From NCBI RefSeq assembly GCF_006345805.1, contig NC_043003.1, positions 58,652,001 through 58,716,000 of the forward strand: a DNA stretch of 64,000 nt, written 5' to 3'. Under the pieces are notes generated by a model. That model made no database searches and was not told the origin of the DNA. It worked only from the letters and a program-made list of their open reading frames with translations. Numbering within the stretch: position 1 is the stretch's first letter; the number at the start of each line of letters is the position of its first letter. The DNA is from Octopus sinensis. Lineage: Eukaryota. Of this stretch, positions 23,233-35,543 are shown in pieces. A program made the translations under genes and the position numbers.

Positions 23233-23845
23233 GTGGGCATATATATCCATCAAATGTAAATATCTGTCAAATATAAATAATGTAAATGATGATGATATTG
23301 TATGAAATATATATTTTATACATTCAGTATTGTTTCAAGTGGTGGACTCTAATTATGTAGTATATGCTTGTTTTAACTTCTACATTGTATACAGACTCAC
23401 TTGTAAGTACAGTAATGGCCTTTGTTACAAAATCTGTACTTATACACAATGGTATGTATAGATGTGTGTGTGTTTGTGTTGTTTATTTCCCAATCACATG
23501 GTTCTGTGTTTAGTCCCGCTGTGTAGCACATTGGGCAGGTGTTTTCTTAGGTCAACCGAAGCTTTGTGAGTTGGGTTGACAGAAACTCAAAGAAGCCTAT
23601 TGTGTATGGTGTGTGTATCTCTCTCTCTCTCTCTTTGTTATGACATCATGTGATGATTGTAAGCAGTCATACAATGGCTGTCATTCGTTTCCAATCTTCC
23701 ATAGAAACATGTCCAGACAATGGAAAAAAAAACCCCAAAACAACCTTACTTAGAAACAGGTGAGGACTGGCTGCAGAAAATCTGCCTATGCATATTCTGT
23801 CTGACCCATGCTACCATGGAAAAGCTGATGTTAAGCCAAGAAGAC

Positions 23846-24527
23846 TGAGGGTGTCTTGGCATCACTCACCAAGTCCTTTGTGAGCCGCTCTACGACTATC
23901 TATCTGCAGCTTTATATAGCTATGGTGCGACCTCACCTGGAATTTGCATCACCGGTCTGGAACCCCTATATTGCCTAGGATATTAATAATCTGGAAACCG
24001 TTCAGCAACGTGCAACCAAGAGAATACACTCCATCAGGCATTTGCCATATTCTGAACACTTTACCTCCCTGGGCATGGATACATTGAAACTTCGATGTCT
24101 GGCAGCTGACTTGGCAGACACCCATAAAATTATTAACCATCTTACAAACAATAACTCTGAGCACCTTTTCAAACTCCACCTGTCTAACACCCATGGACAT
24201 GTTTACAAAGTCAGAAAACAGCACAGCTCCCATGACTTTCGGAAACATTTTTTCATGCTAAAAGTTGCTGAAGTATGGAACAAACTGCCAGCATCAGTTG
24301 TTAGTTGTCGGAGCACTGCATGCTTCAAAACTTCCATGCTTCCTGAGATTCGCCAACACTACACCTGATTTTCTCCCCTCCATACACATGCAAGCATGTA
24401 TCTGACTCATACACTGTTCACTTTCCAGACATTAGTACATTACTGCATATGCTTTATATGCACTCTTGACAAGTTGTGGTGCACCTGAGCACTGTATACA
24501 ATAATTTCATTATTATTATTATTATTA
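23846..24527 (+). mobile_element. CR1-clade LINE 3' fragment
   Basis: LYIAMVRPHLEFASPVWNP..ETVQQRATKRI..LPYSE..WNKLP; ends in (ATT)n. Its 3' UTR recurs on minus at ~41446-41580. Confidence 0.9.
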
Positions 24528-25056
24528 AACTGAAACCAGTGATGAGGATGATATGTATACAAGTATGTATATAAAAGTGAACTTAAAGTGAACTTAATTT
24601 TTATATATATAAAACTGAGAATGTGTGTCTGTCTGTGTGTGTGTTTCCCTAAAACTTGAGAACTACACAACCAATTCCATTCAAATTTTACACATGCCTT
24701 ACTTAGGGTCCATGTAGTTTCATGGGCAAAAAAAAATGTTCAACTTCTTGCCTAGAGCAAGCCCATAGCAATATCATATCTTCACTATTTCAGTATTACG
24801 TGTTAAAAGTGAAACAAAAATATTTCTCTATTTTATGTCAGATGCTTTCACTTTAACAATAAAAATAATAATAACAATTGAATTATATGTAGTAAGTAAT
24901 AATTAAAATCAAACTAAAGTATAATATAATTGTAACATACAAAAGTAAAAATAGCAATTGGTATAAAATTGCATCAATGATTTGACCTTGAATAAGTGGT
25001 TTCACATGAATGGGAATAAATTAAAAATAAAATTAGCGTGCAGAAATGGAATAGTC

Positions 25057-25222
25057 CATCATCATCATCATCATCGTTTAACGTCCGTTTTCCACGCTAG
25101 CACAGGTTGGACGGTTCAACCGGGGTCTGGGAAGCCAGGGGCTGCACCAGGCTCCAGTCTGATCTGGCAGAGTTTCTACAGCTGGATGCCCTTCCTAACG
25201 CCAACCACTCCGCGAGTGTAGT
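25057..25222 (-). mobile_element. RTE 3' tail
   Basis: (CAT)n-CGTTTAACGTCCG...GGATGCCCTTCCTAACGCCAACC. Confidence 0.8.
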
Positions 25223-25573
25223 GTGTCCAGATGGATAATAAAAAATTAAATTAAAGAAAAGACTATTGTCTATAAAGTATACAATGTAGAGAAAAAAGAA
25301 GAGCTAACAATTCCAGTCTGTTAATTGCTGCTGCGTTGGTGAATATTGGTTTGTTTATTTAATTAATTACTGTTACGTTTGTTTACTGCTGTGTTAATTT
25401 GTCTTTTGTACAAATTTTGTTATTAGCCTTCGCGCGAAGGCTACGTATTGGAGTTCCCCCCTCCGTGGGGGAATTATTATTGTTATACATTTATTGTGAA
25501 AACACACAAGAGGCTTGCGAAGCCAGAACTTTTTTGTTTTCAATTGAAAGGCTTGTTAAAGCCAGACTCGGAG

Positions 25574-26685
25574 ATGGACACCTCTACCTCCAATTCACCA
25601 GTGTCAGATGAAGAAAGTTCACCGGCAGAAGCCCCAGCAAAGAAGTTCGCTGAAGTTGCGGGGAAAAAGCAGAGGAAAATTGATACAGAAAACCTGGAAA
25701 AATACACAGCAGTGTTAAAAAAAGAAGGAACGGAAGTGAGCATAACACCAGACATGAGCAAAATTGGTACAGTAGAAGTGAGGTTCAGGACGGAAGAGAT
25801 AGCTAAGAAGCTATCAACTGAACCGTTGAAAGCAGAGAACATTGTCCTTCTTCCCCTGTACAGAGGCAGAAGGACCTCAAAAATATTAATAAAAAATATT
25901 CCCCCAGAAGCAGACGCCACATGCCTGGTGGCGGCAGTTATGTTAGGCCTGGAGGACAAGATCAATATCCTCCAGGCTACAGTAGAGGGGGAGGAGCATT
26001 GGCAAGGCCAATGCATATCAATGTCAGTTCAGGCGGAGGTACAAACCCTAGAGGAAATACCAGAGACGTTGAAGATCAGTGGGGAGGAGAGAGTGGTGTT
26101 CTTCATAGAAGGCAGAAAGCCGAGGTGCTTCGGCTGCGGTAAAAAGGGGCACGTGAGGGCAGAGTGCCAACCTAAACCGCAGGAAGCAGCTCAGCCAGAA
26201 AAGAAAAAGCAAGAAGCTTCACCAGAGACAACACCAGACGACTCAGGAAAAACAACAGAAAGAGAAGAGGCAGCAGATACAACAGAATCGACAACAGAAG
26301 CAACAACAAGCTGCGAGGAAAAAGAAAATGAGGAGGGGTGGTCGAAAATCGTAAAGAAAAAAAGAAAAACAGAAACCACCCCTCAGAAAGAGAGCCAAAA
26401 AAAAAAAGAAAGGAAACCATGAACTCATTTATGGCTATTAAGGCATCTAATAATAGACTGACCAACGTGTTGGCAGCTATGGCAAAAGTAGAGAAAATTA
26501 AAAAAACAAAAGACCTTATTTTGTACAGAATAGGCCGGAAGGATTACGGACAGATAAAGTCCGAATTCTATCATGACGTGGGCCCTCTAAGAATGGACAT
26601 ATCTTCACCATATATATGCGTCAGACTCCCCCACGAGTCCGGGAAAAAGACAAAAGTGAAGAAGGAGAAAAAGTCGAACCACTGA
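25574..26685 (+). pseudogene. Tx1 ORF1 (gag-like, CFGCGKKGHVRAEC knuckle), probable frameshift in an 11-A run at 26397-26407
   Basis: ORF track 25448-26422 plus overlapping 26338-26685; likely start MDTSTS at 25574. Confidence 0.8.
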
Positions 26686-26698
26686 CATAAGGTAAGAC

Positions 26699-29676
26699 AT
26701 GGATTACATTTATGTTGGTTGTTTAAATGTGCGCGGCCTGGGATCAAGTGGGAAGCAGGGTCGTTTCCTTAATGATATCAGGTCGCGTAATTTGGATGTC
26801 ATTGTTGCTACAGAAACCCAGTTAGAGGGGCCAAGAGGTCTGCTCCCCCTGTTCGACGGCTACGAGAGTTTTTTCTCTCCGGCCAGTCCTACCGGCGGGG
26901 GTGAGGTGTTGGTCCTATTAAAAAGAAACTGGGTTTTTGAGAAAAAGTTAATTTTTTCAGATCCAGAAGGCAAGCTGGTCGTCATGGATTTGACGTTCAG
27001 TAACGGTAAAGTTATCAGACTTGTTGCAATTTACGCACCCAACCAAAAGGGGCAAAGTGATTATTTTCGAGAGCTGGAAAACTTTCTTGGTACTTCACAT
27101 TCATTAGTTGTACTAGGAGACTTTAACACAATTTGCAAAGCGGATGTAGATTGTGTTGGCTTGCGTCCAGATAGAAAAGGTAACATTGGCTTCCTGGAAC
27201 TGCTAAGCCGCTTTGAGCTAGCAGATCCTTATAGGTTGGAATTTCCGAACACTCCATTGTGGACATAGTCAAGCAGCGACGGATCTTCCAGGTCATACAT
27301 AGATAGGATACTAATTAGAAAAGTAGACAGAGAAATAGCTAAGTGTCCACAGTTTTACCCGGTCAGCTACAGTTATCATAAAATGGTCACCTGTAAGCTT
27401 GACATAGATAAGGCTAATAATAGAGGCTCCAGTTATTGGAAACTTAATACGTCCCTTTTGGCGATTAAGGAGTACAGAGACCGGATTAGGACTATAATTC
27501 AGAGGGCGCTATCTGGTGCCATCATTAATAACAAATGGTGGTATGCCCTCAAGCGAGCCATCAAATTCGAGTCTATTAGATATAGCATAGGATTAGTGGC
27601 TAGAGAGGCTAGGAGGGAATCAACTCTAGTTAAGGAATTAGAGGAAGCCTTGAAAACTGGCTCTGCGGCTCAGGTGATGGCCAAGAGACTGGCGTTAAAC
27701 CAGCACCTCGAGGCCAAACACATGGGCTGCATTGTCAGGGCTAGGATCCGTGCAATGGGTTGTGAGGGAATCAACGCCGTGAGATGGGCCCGAGTGGTGG
27801 AAGCTCAGCGTGGTAATGACGCCACAATTCGATCTTTGACAAACCAACAAGGTAAGTTGATAAACGAACCCGAGGAGATGTGTGAGGCCTTTCAGGAGCA
27901 CTTCGCTCAGCTTTTCGGTGGGGGCGGCGGACTGGATAGAAGGAGGGTCTTTACGGACCTCCTCGACAGGCTGCCGCGCCTATCGGGGCGAGATGCGGAG
28001 GGCTGTGAAGGGCCAATCATGCCTGAGGAGGTGGTTGAGGCGATGGCGGACTGCGGCGCGGGCAAGGCGCCGGGTTTGGATGGTCTATCCTATGAGTTAT
28101 ATAAGAGTATGCCAGACTTGTTCGGGCACCTACTGACGGAGGTCTATGTGAACTTGCAGCAGAACGGGTTCATACCCAGATCTTTGCGCTGGGGAGTAGT
28201 GACACTTGTCAGAAAGGCCCCGAGCAATGGGGAGTGCATTGATAATTTCAGGCCCATCACTCTGCTAAACACAGAGTTGAAGATTTTGGCCAAAGTGTTA
28301 TCGAAAAGATTGGCGCGTGTCGCGGATGGTCTGATCGGGGAGGCACAGACATGTGCCGTTCCCGGCAGATCCATTCAGGATAATCTCCATCTTATGCGGT
28401 ACACTATAGAGGAGTTTAATAGTGATTCTGGCAAGGGAGGGGCACTGGTCCATTTTGACCAATCTAAAGCATTTGGTAGGGTCGACCATCGCTACCTGGT
28501 GTCCGTCCTGGCACAGTTTGGGCTGGGCCTTGGCTTCCTCAGGTGGATTATTCAAATTTACGATAACATCGACTCGGTAGTTCAGGTGAACGGCTTCGAA
28601 AAGGGGTGGCTGCAGTAGCCAAGACCTAGTCTTGGCGGTGGCTATCCCTGAAAGGAAGGGCAGAAGTAGCCAATGTGTTTATCGCATCGGTTATCACCTA
28701 CCGCCTTTCCGTCGTTCCTTGCCCTGATTCATGGTTGAACAAGTTGGAAACACAGCTCTTCTACTTCTTGTGGAAGAGCGGGAAACCACTTGTGAAACGC
28801 TCTACTTGCTGTCAACAACCGTTAAAGGGTGGGCTAGGGATGCCTTAGCTGATGATGCGCAGACATGTGCTGAGGTTAAGACATCTGTGGCTCTACCTGG
28901 ATGGTGAATGGGTGTGGTCTCCGCTAGCAAAACTGATGTTTCCCAAGTTCACTAGTTTCGGTGGATGGGAAACCTGGCTGAATCGTAGATCGAAACTGGG
29001 CACATGGTACACGGAGTGTCGCAAGACTCTCCTGCTATTCCGTCGCTTGGGCAACGCCTGCGGTGGGGGTTCCACCACATTCTTTTATAGAGGGTTGGTA
29101 GAGGCGGAATGTGAAGATACCTTAGGGGAAGCCCTAGGTCTCGACGATAATCAGCTGGCCAGTCTGTTCCGACGTACATTCAGGTCGAAGACCCTGGACA
29201 ACTTCCAGAAGTCTCTGGCATGGCAGTGTTACAGAGGAGCTCTACCCGTTCAGGATAAACTCGCAAGGCACGGTGGCCAAGACAGTCCGATATGTCCAAG
29301 ATGTGAGCGGGATAGGGAAGCCGTCCCGCACGCTATTGTTCATTGTTCGGTCGTGTCAGAGGTGTGGGTTTATGCCGAACAGCTGTTGTCAAGCACACGA
29401 AGAGTACAGCTGTCGACTGAGTCTATTATAAAAATTGACCCACCAGATTTCCTCGCGAAAGAAGGTAAGAATTGTTTTCTCGTTGTAGTAGCAATTGCGA
29501 GAGAGGTGATTTGGAAGACTAGGATGAAAGGTTTACAGTCAGGCAAGTTCATCTCTAGCCCTGGATTGATGAATTACTTCATCTTTCACCTAAAAAGGAA
29601 GATAGGGCTGGAGAGAAAATGCCTGACTAAGAAAGTGTATGAAGAACGATGGAAGGATGTAGCACGAAAGTTGTGA
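26699..29676 (+). pseudogene. Tx1 ORF2 (APE endonuclease-RT), disrupted
   Basis: LNVRGL, GDFN, YIDR motifs; in-frame TAG at 27266-27268; SDH changed to SYH; RT KAPGLDG..RPITLLN..DQSKAF; deletion after QVNGF (~28597) removes QGCPLSP/YADD; further stops; CPRC..HAIVHC at the C-terminus. Confidence 0.9.
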
Positions 29677-30264
29677 GTGGATAACACCACATAAATGTAA
29701 AACAAGACGAAACCAAAATATCAGTGGTGAGGCGGGGCTCGTGGGGTCCGAGCTAAACCCGCCCCCACTCCATCCGTAATGTCTTCCGGTCTGTTCTGCA
29801 TTTTATATTTTTGTATTTTTGTGAATTTTTAAACTCATCTTTTTGTAACTCCATTCAAGAATCTGACCCCACATCAGGTTGTATTGTCCCCTTTGTGTTC
29901 GCCCCTAGTGGGTAGTAATAAAACAATTCCAGTCTGTTATATATTTTGAGTATTGTTATCACTAGCGATATCAAGATATAACTTTGTATTTTGCATTTTA
30001 TGTGTAGATGTATATATATAGATGTACATGTAATATGTACACATATATATATGCACATATATACATGCACTAGCACTATGACCCGGCAATGACGGGTCTT
30101 TAATGCTAGTTTGTAAATAAAACCTTTTTCTTTGTACAACTATGTATTAATAACCATTTATATAAATATATTTGCAGGAACTGACGCATACAGAATCAAG
30201 GAGTTCTAGAACTGCATAATCAATAACATTTTCCACCCGATTACGACTAACTCATATCTTCACC

Positions 30265-31014
30265 ATGGGACTGCAATGGACTTTGATTTATGGATTTTTA
30301 TGTTTTGAAATAGGACTGTGTGTTTTATTTATGTTACCCTTCATATCACCTCTAGTATGGCGGAAATTATTTAAGTCCCGCCTTTTATCATTTCTATCTG
30401 ACTATTCATACTTCTATGTTCGGTTATTGATGTTGGGTTTAGGTGTTGCTTTTGTTAGCGCCATTTCACAGGTCCGTAAATATGATATTGATTCAGACAA
30501 ACTGGAAGATGTGACTTTAACTATGCCTGGTGCTGCACAGAATTACCATATACGTCTACTTTATGCTCAGCGTAATGTTTACATCTCTGGGTTTACTTTG
30601 TTTCTTTGGATGATTTTAAATCGCATGGTCCAATTAATGACAGCCCAAGCTCGGCTGCAAGCTGATTTGGAAGCAACCCACAAACAAGCTCTCAGTGCTA
30701 ATGAAGTTGCCAACAAACTCTTGAATGCTTCGTCATCATCAGGGACTCAAGATACTAAGAATGACAAAGAGGAAAATCTGGCTAATTCTGAAAAGGAAGA
30801 TGCTACTAAAAATCTTGAGGCCCTCAAGACAAAACTAAAAAAAGCTGAGGGGGAATTAGGTGAAGCTAGAACTGAACTGAAAGAAACCCAAACTGATCTG
30901 ATGGCCATGAAATCTCAGTCTGAAGCAACTAAGTGTGAATATGATAGTTTATTGGAAGAGTATTCTGTCCTTCAGAAGAAAATACAGCAGGATTCAAATA
31001 AGAAAGATCATTAA
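30265..31014 (+). CDS. BCAP31: B-cell receptor-associated protein 31/29-like ER membrane protein, intronless CDS
   Basis: MGLQWTLI..F...EI..PFISP..W.KLFKSR, three TM segments, AQRNVYISGF.LFL motif, coiled coil, C-terminal KKDH (KKxx ER retrieval); acceptor TTTGCAG ends at 30177. Confidence 0.92.
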   Translation: MGLQWTLIYGFLCFEIGLCVLFMLPFISPLVWRKLFKSRLLSFLSDYSYFYVRLLMLGLGVAFVSAISQVRKYDIDSDKLEDVTLTMPGAAQNYHIRLLYAQRNVYISGFTLFLWMILNRMVQLMTAQARLQADLEATHKQALSANEVANKLLNASSSSGTQDTKNDKEENLANSEKEDATKNLEALKTKLKKAEGELGEARTELKETQTDLMAMKSQSEATKCEYDSLLEEYSVLQKKIQQDSNKKDH

Positions 31015-31392
31015 TGAAAAATAAAGTGGTGGTGGTAAGGGGTGGGGGGTGGAATTAGCTTTAAAAAATTACTTTTATTTTCAAAATTTCATTCAAAGGT
31101 TATGACTATAAGAACTTGTTGAGTTGAGTGATCTTGTTTGATCGAAATGAATATAAAAGTTTGAAATTACTAAAGTACACTAGTTTTATATGTGATTGTA
31201 AAGAAGCAGTTTGTTGAATATTTGTTTTCTTTAAGATGATGACTGAACGACAGAATTGATCCATTCCTCCTAACTTTACATCCAGCTAATCTAAACACTT
31301 CAAATTTCCTTGATGCCTTCTTATCTCTAAACTGAGTTATTCATTAACAAAAGACCTTACATTTTGTATTATTACATTGTATGTGTGTGTGT

Positions 31393-31715
31393 GAAGGCAC
31401 GTGGCTTAGTGGTTAGGGCATTCAGTTCACGATTGTAAGGTTGTGAGTTCAATTCCCGGCGACGCGTTGTGTCCTTGAGCAAGACACTTTATTTCACGTT
31501 GCTCCAGTCTACTCAGCTGGCAAAAATGAGTTGTACCTGTATTTCAAAGGGCCAGCCTTGTCACACTCTGTGTCACATTGAATCTCCTTGAGAACTACAT
31601 TAAGGATACACATGTCTGTGGATTGCTCAATCACTTGCACGTTAATTTGATGAGCAAGCTGTTCTGTTGATCGTATCAGCTGGGACCCTTGTTGTCGTAA
31701 CTGACGTAGTGCTCC

Positions 31716-31716
<1 letters not shown>
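31393..31716 (+). mobile_element. tRNA-SINE family S3
   Basis: GGCACGTGGCTTAGTGG (box A), GTTCAATTCCC (box B), GTGTCCTTGAGCAAGACAC; other copies at 11638, 49972-50212 and 51005-51150 (minus). Confidence 0.8.
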
Positions 31717-31752
<36 letters not shown>

Positions 31753-32299
31753 CCACAAGACTTAAAGCTAACCACTTTATGGACATGAAACCCTGGGTAA
31801 CCCTATAAACCGGCTGTAACTATCTTTATCTAAATATAATATATATATATATATAAATAGACAAAGAGAGATGGAGAAATTTTATTAATCTTATCTCCTT
31901 CTTCTCTCTTGGTTTTTATAATATTAATAATAATATATATGTATGTGCCTATATTGTTAGGTATTCAACCTGTCTAATCTTGGATATTTTTATCCCTCCA
32001 AGGTTTATATCCTCACTTGTACTTATATATAAAAAAATGTGGTGAGTTGACAGGATTGTTACCATGCCAGGCAAAATGCTTAATGGTATTTCTTTCAGCA
32101 CCTTACATTCTGAGTTCAGATACTGCCATGATCAACTTTGCCTTTCATACTTTTAGGGTCAATAAAGTAAGTACCAGTGGATCACTGAGGTTGATGTAAT
32201 CAGCTAGACCCCCTCACTCAGAACTTCAGGTCTTAGTAGAACCAATTATTACATTGTTGTTATATTTGGGGATGGGTATTTTTGCTATACTGACACACA

Positions 32300-32620
32300 T
32301 GATGTCAGTATCACTGGTGATGTGGCCAACCTCTGTATTATATGGTGGAATAGGAGACTTAAATAATACTTAGTGTTCCATAGCCCTAAGCATGTACTCT
32401 CCCTATGCTGATGATATCAACATATAGCAAAAGCACATCCACAAGCCAATATCTATGAACTAGAAACTAATACCATGGAGAGCATCCAGCAAAAAGCTAA
32501 CTCCACCAGAATATTAAGGTAACAGTAAATTACCCTAGTATGCATCCCCAATTACAGACTACCTGTTTTAGGCACTGAACTGTGGCTGGAAACTAGGAAT
32601 AACAAGGTTCAAATTTTCCT
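32300..32620 (+). mobile_element. Highly decayed LINE RT fragment
   Basis: CCCTATGCTGATGATATC = YADDI at ~32404-32418; little else recognisable. Confidence 0.4.
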
Positions 32621-33644
32621 TTTGCTCTATATCAAACCCATAGCCTCTAAATATCTAGTCCACTGGAACACGGCAATTGTAGATAATACCAATTTCAATA
32701 TCCTAATAGCGAACTTCATAAGGGTGAGGAGAAATGTGTGGCCCAACAGAATTAGAGATACACATGCAGCACTTCATCCACTGCTTGCATTTCTCTATGT
32801 ACAATCAAGGAAACAGGATTGGGGTGTGTAAAGGAGCTATGGCAAAATTCAAAACCATCATAAAGAATAATGCAAATGAGATCTGCCCACTATACAGGAG
32901 TAAATCATGGAATAGCATAGAAAGAACAAAGAGAAAGACTGGTAAGGCCAACTCGAGGTATGACAACCAAAAACATCAGGCTGTGTAAAAAGTTAAGCAA
33001 CGTTTTGAAACGTGAAATTCATTCCAATATATTTTAACAATGCAGAAATTTTATTCGTCAAAGTAAGTACCATTACAATCAACACATTTTTGCCAATGAG
33101 TTATAAGTTTGTTTATTTCAGTGACATAAAAATATGGCATCCTGGAGCTGATGAATTCTTTGAATGCACTTTCAGCATCGGTTTGATATTTTTTAAACTC
33201 TTTCTCTCACAGGAAACCATCAAGGTGCCTGAAAAAGTTGTAGTTGGTAGGAGAAAAGTTTGGGGAATAAGCTAGTTGAAGAACTTCATGGACAAGTTCC
33301 CTCAGCTTCTGAGGGAAATGTGTGGTTGAGCATTGTCATGAAGAATGATCGGCCCTCTTCTATTGACCAGTCTGGGACGGAGGAGTAGTTTTTTGTTCAT
33401 TTTGGCAATTTCATGGGAATGTTTCTGCAGTAATGGTTTTTCCAGGTTTTAAGAAGTCATAGCAGATGAGTCTTGCAGTACACCACTACCAGTCACCATA
33501 AACTTTGTTTTGAAGAGCTCGGATTTAGGGAAGGTTTCGATGCTTCATTTTGGTCCAACCACTGCGAAGAAAGTTTCTTATTGTACAGAATCCACTTTTT
33601 ATCACAACTTACAATACAGTCGAGAAATGGATTGGTCTGGATTT

Positions 33645-35543
33645 GCTCCTGCCACCGCCTCAGTTCTTTATGGCTTTACCTACCCTCTGTAGGTGTACCA
33701 TCTTAGACACGATGATGGTGTTGTTATCCGCGTACGCTGAAACTTTCCAACTGCAACCTAGATCGCGTGGTATGCCCTTCAAGCTCTCCAACTTCCACAG
33801 TAAGGGTTCTAGAGCCAACACATACTAAAGGGAGGAGAGTGGACACCCTTGACAAACAGAGCACTTGATGTTGAATGGCTTTGAGAAGAACCCGTTCACC
33901 TGAATGATCAAGTTGATGTTACTGTATAGAGCAATGATCCACCTGCGGTAGATGGGGCTGAGCCTGAATGCTGCGAGGACCAACACCAGATACTGATGGT
34001 CAACCCCATCAAAAGCTTTGGACTGGTCTAAATGGACCAGAGCCCCGTTAACCCTCTCTAAGGGGTAGCGTAAAAAATGGAGATTATCGTGTATGGATTT
34101 GCCAGGAATGGCACAAGTTTGTGCCTCCCCAACAATTCCATCCACAGAACATGCCAACTTTTTTGCTAACACCTTGGCCAAAATTTTCAGCTCTTGTGTT
34201 AAGTAGAGTGATGGGACTTAAAATTATCTATAATATCCCCCTTGTTTGGGTCCTTTCCAAGCTACATCACCACTCCCCATACTGTTATAAAGCTCATAGG
34301 GGAAACCATCTAGTTCCAGCAACTTGTCCCCACAACAGTCTGACAAAAACCTCCTTGGCCAGGGGTGCTGCCTTTTTTTTTTTTCCATCTTTAGGGGTCT
34401 TTTTCCCCTTGGTCTCCTCTTGGGGAGGCAAGCACTTGGACCTCAGATGTCTCATCTTTCCACACTTGAAGCACCGAGGCTTCTTTCCCTCAACGTTTAC
34501 AGATAACACTGTCTCCTCCCCAATGTGGATTTTTTGGGGGAGGTTTTCGAAGTCACTGGAAGTGACTTGTGCCAGTATTTCCAAAATCTTCCCCTTCCAG
34601 TTCTGTGGGGCATCTCTGGAAATCTGGATAAAGTTTATCTTCTCTTTGAAATAACAATGTAGCCACAATCTATGCAACTTCTACTTCTGGTGGTATAATC
34701 TCAATCCTAATCCAGATATAATGGCAGAAGTGCTATTTGTTCATTTTGTAAGGTTCTCGTCTAGTTCTCACACACCTTCTCTGCTTACTCAAACCTTGCC
34801 TCCTCTGTTGCGTACTTGGTGCTACATATTTGATTTGCTTCATTACTGGTCTGAGGCATTTTTTAATAGTACTTTCTCTGAAGTGCTCCAATTTTTTATT
34901 AATTAAGTTGTCTTATAGATTATTGTCCCTTTTTTTTCTGTTTATAATTTTGCTTGGGGGAGCAATTATGCTTTTCACATCTTCTTCAGTTATCAATCTG
35001 AAGAATGACTGAATCTCTGATTTTTCCAGTGATATTATTTTATGTTGTCCTCCTGCAACGGAGGCAAAATTTTTTTTATATGTTGTTTCTTCTACCGAAG
35101 ATTTTTTTTTTTTAACAATGTTTCAACACAGGAGCAAAAAAAAATATACAAATTTCAAAAATCCTTCCCCCTTCATCATCATCATCATCATCATCATCGT
35201 TTAGCGTCCGTTTTCCATGCTAGCATGGGTTGGACGGTTCAACTGGGGTCTGTGAAGCCAGAAGGCTTCATCAGGCCCAGTCAGATCTGGCAGTGTTTCT
35301 ACGGCTGGATGCCCTTCCTAACGCCAACCACTCCGTGAGTGTAGTTGGTGCTTTTTACGTGCCACCCTTATGGGAGGATAACAATTCAACAGTGTTTTTT
35401 CAAAAAAAAAAAACTTTCAACGTTTCTCTTACAGGAAACCAACAGCAAACAAATCGATAAAGCCTGCAAGCAGGTAACAAAATTAAACAAACAAACCTTA
35501 CAGTTGCAACGGTCTAGCTAAAAAAATCACTAACTGAAGACCA
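33645..35543 (-). mobile_element. Second Tx1-like LINE, internally deleted (ORF1 knuckle joined to mid-RT), with RTE tail inserted at 35172-35368
   Basis: ORF1 CFKCGKMRHLRSKC; RT DQSKAFDGVDH..QGCPLS..LEPLL..SAYADN; the APE domain is missing. Confidence 0.85.

Larger units (their letters stand above)
25324..29921 (+). mobile_element. Full-length Tx1/L1-clade LINE, inactivated
   Basis: 18-bp TSD AACAATTCCAGTCTGTTA at 25306-25323 and 29922-29939; ORF1 with CCHC knuckle, ORF2 with APE, RT and C-terminal CCHC; ends GTAATAAA. Confidence 0.95.

Noticed and set aside
25306-25323. Sequence-specific Tx1 target (snRNA, tRNA or microsatellite)
   Set aside because: The TSD and flanks match no recognisable RNA gene or repeat, and the other TSD (AGATGATTGGAACA) is unrelated.
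26338-26685. Separate third ORF in the Tx1 element
   Set aside because: More simply explained as the ORF1 C-terminus after slippage in an 11-A run; a similar sequence follows ORF1 in the third Tx1 copy.
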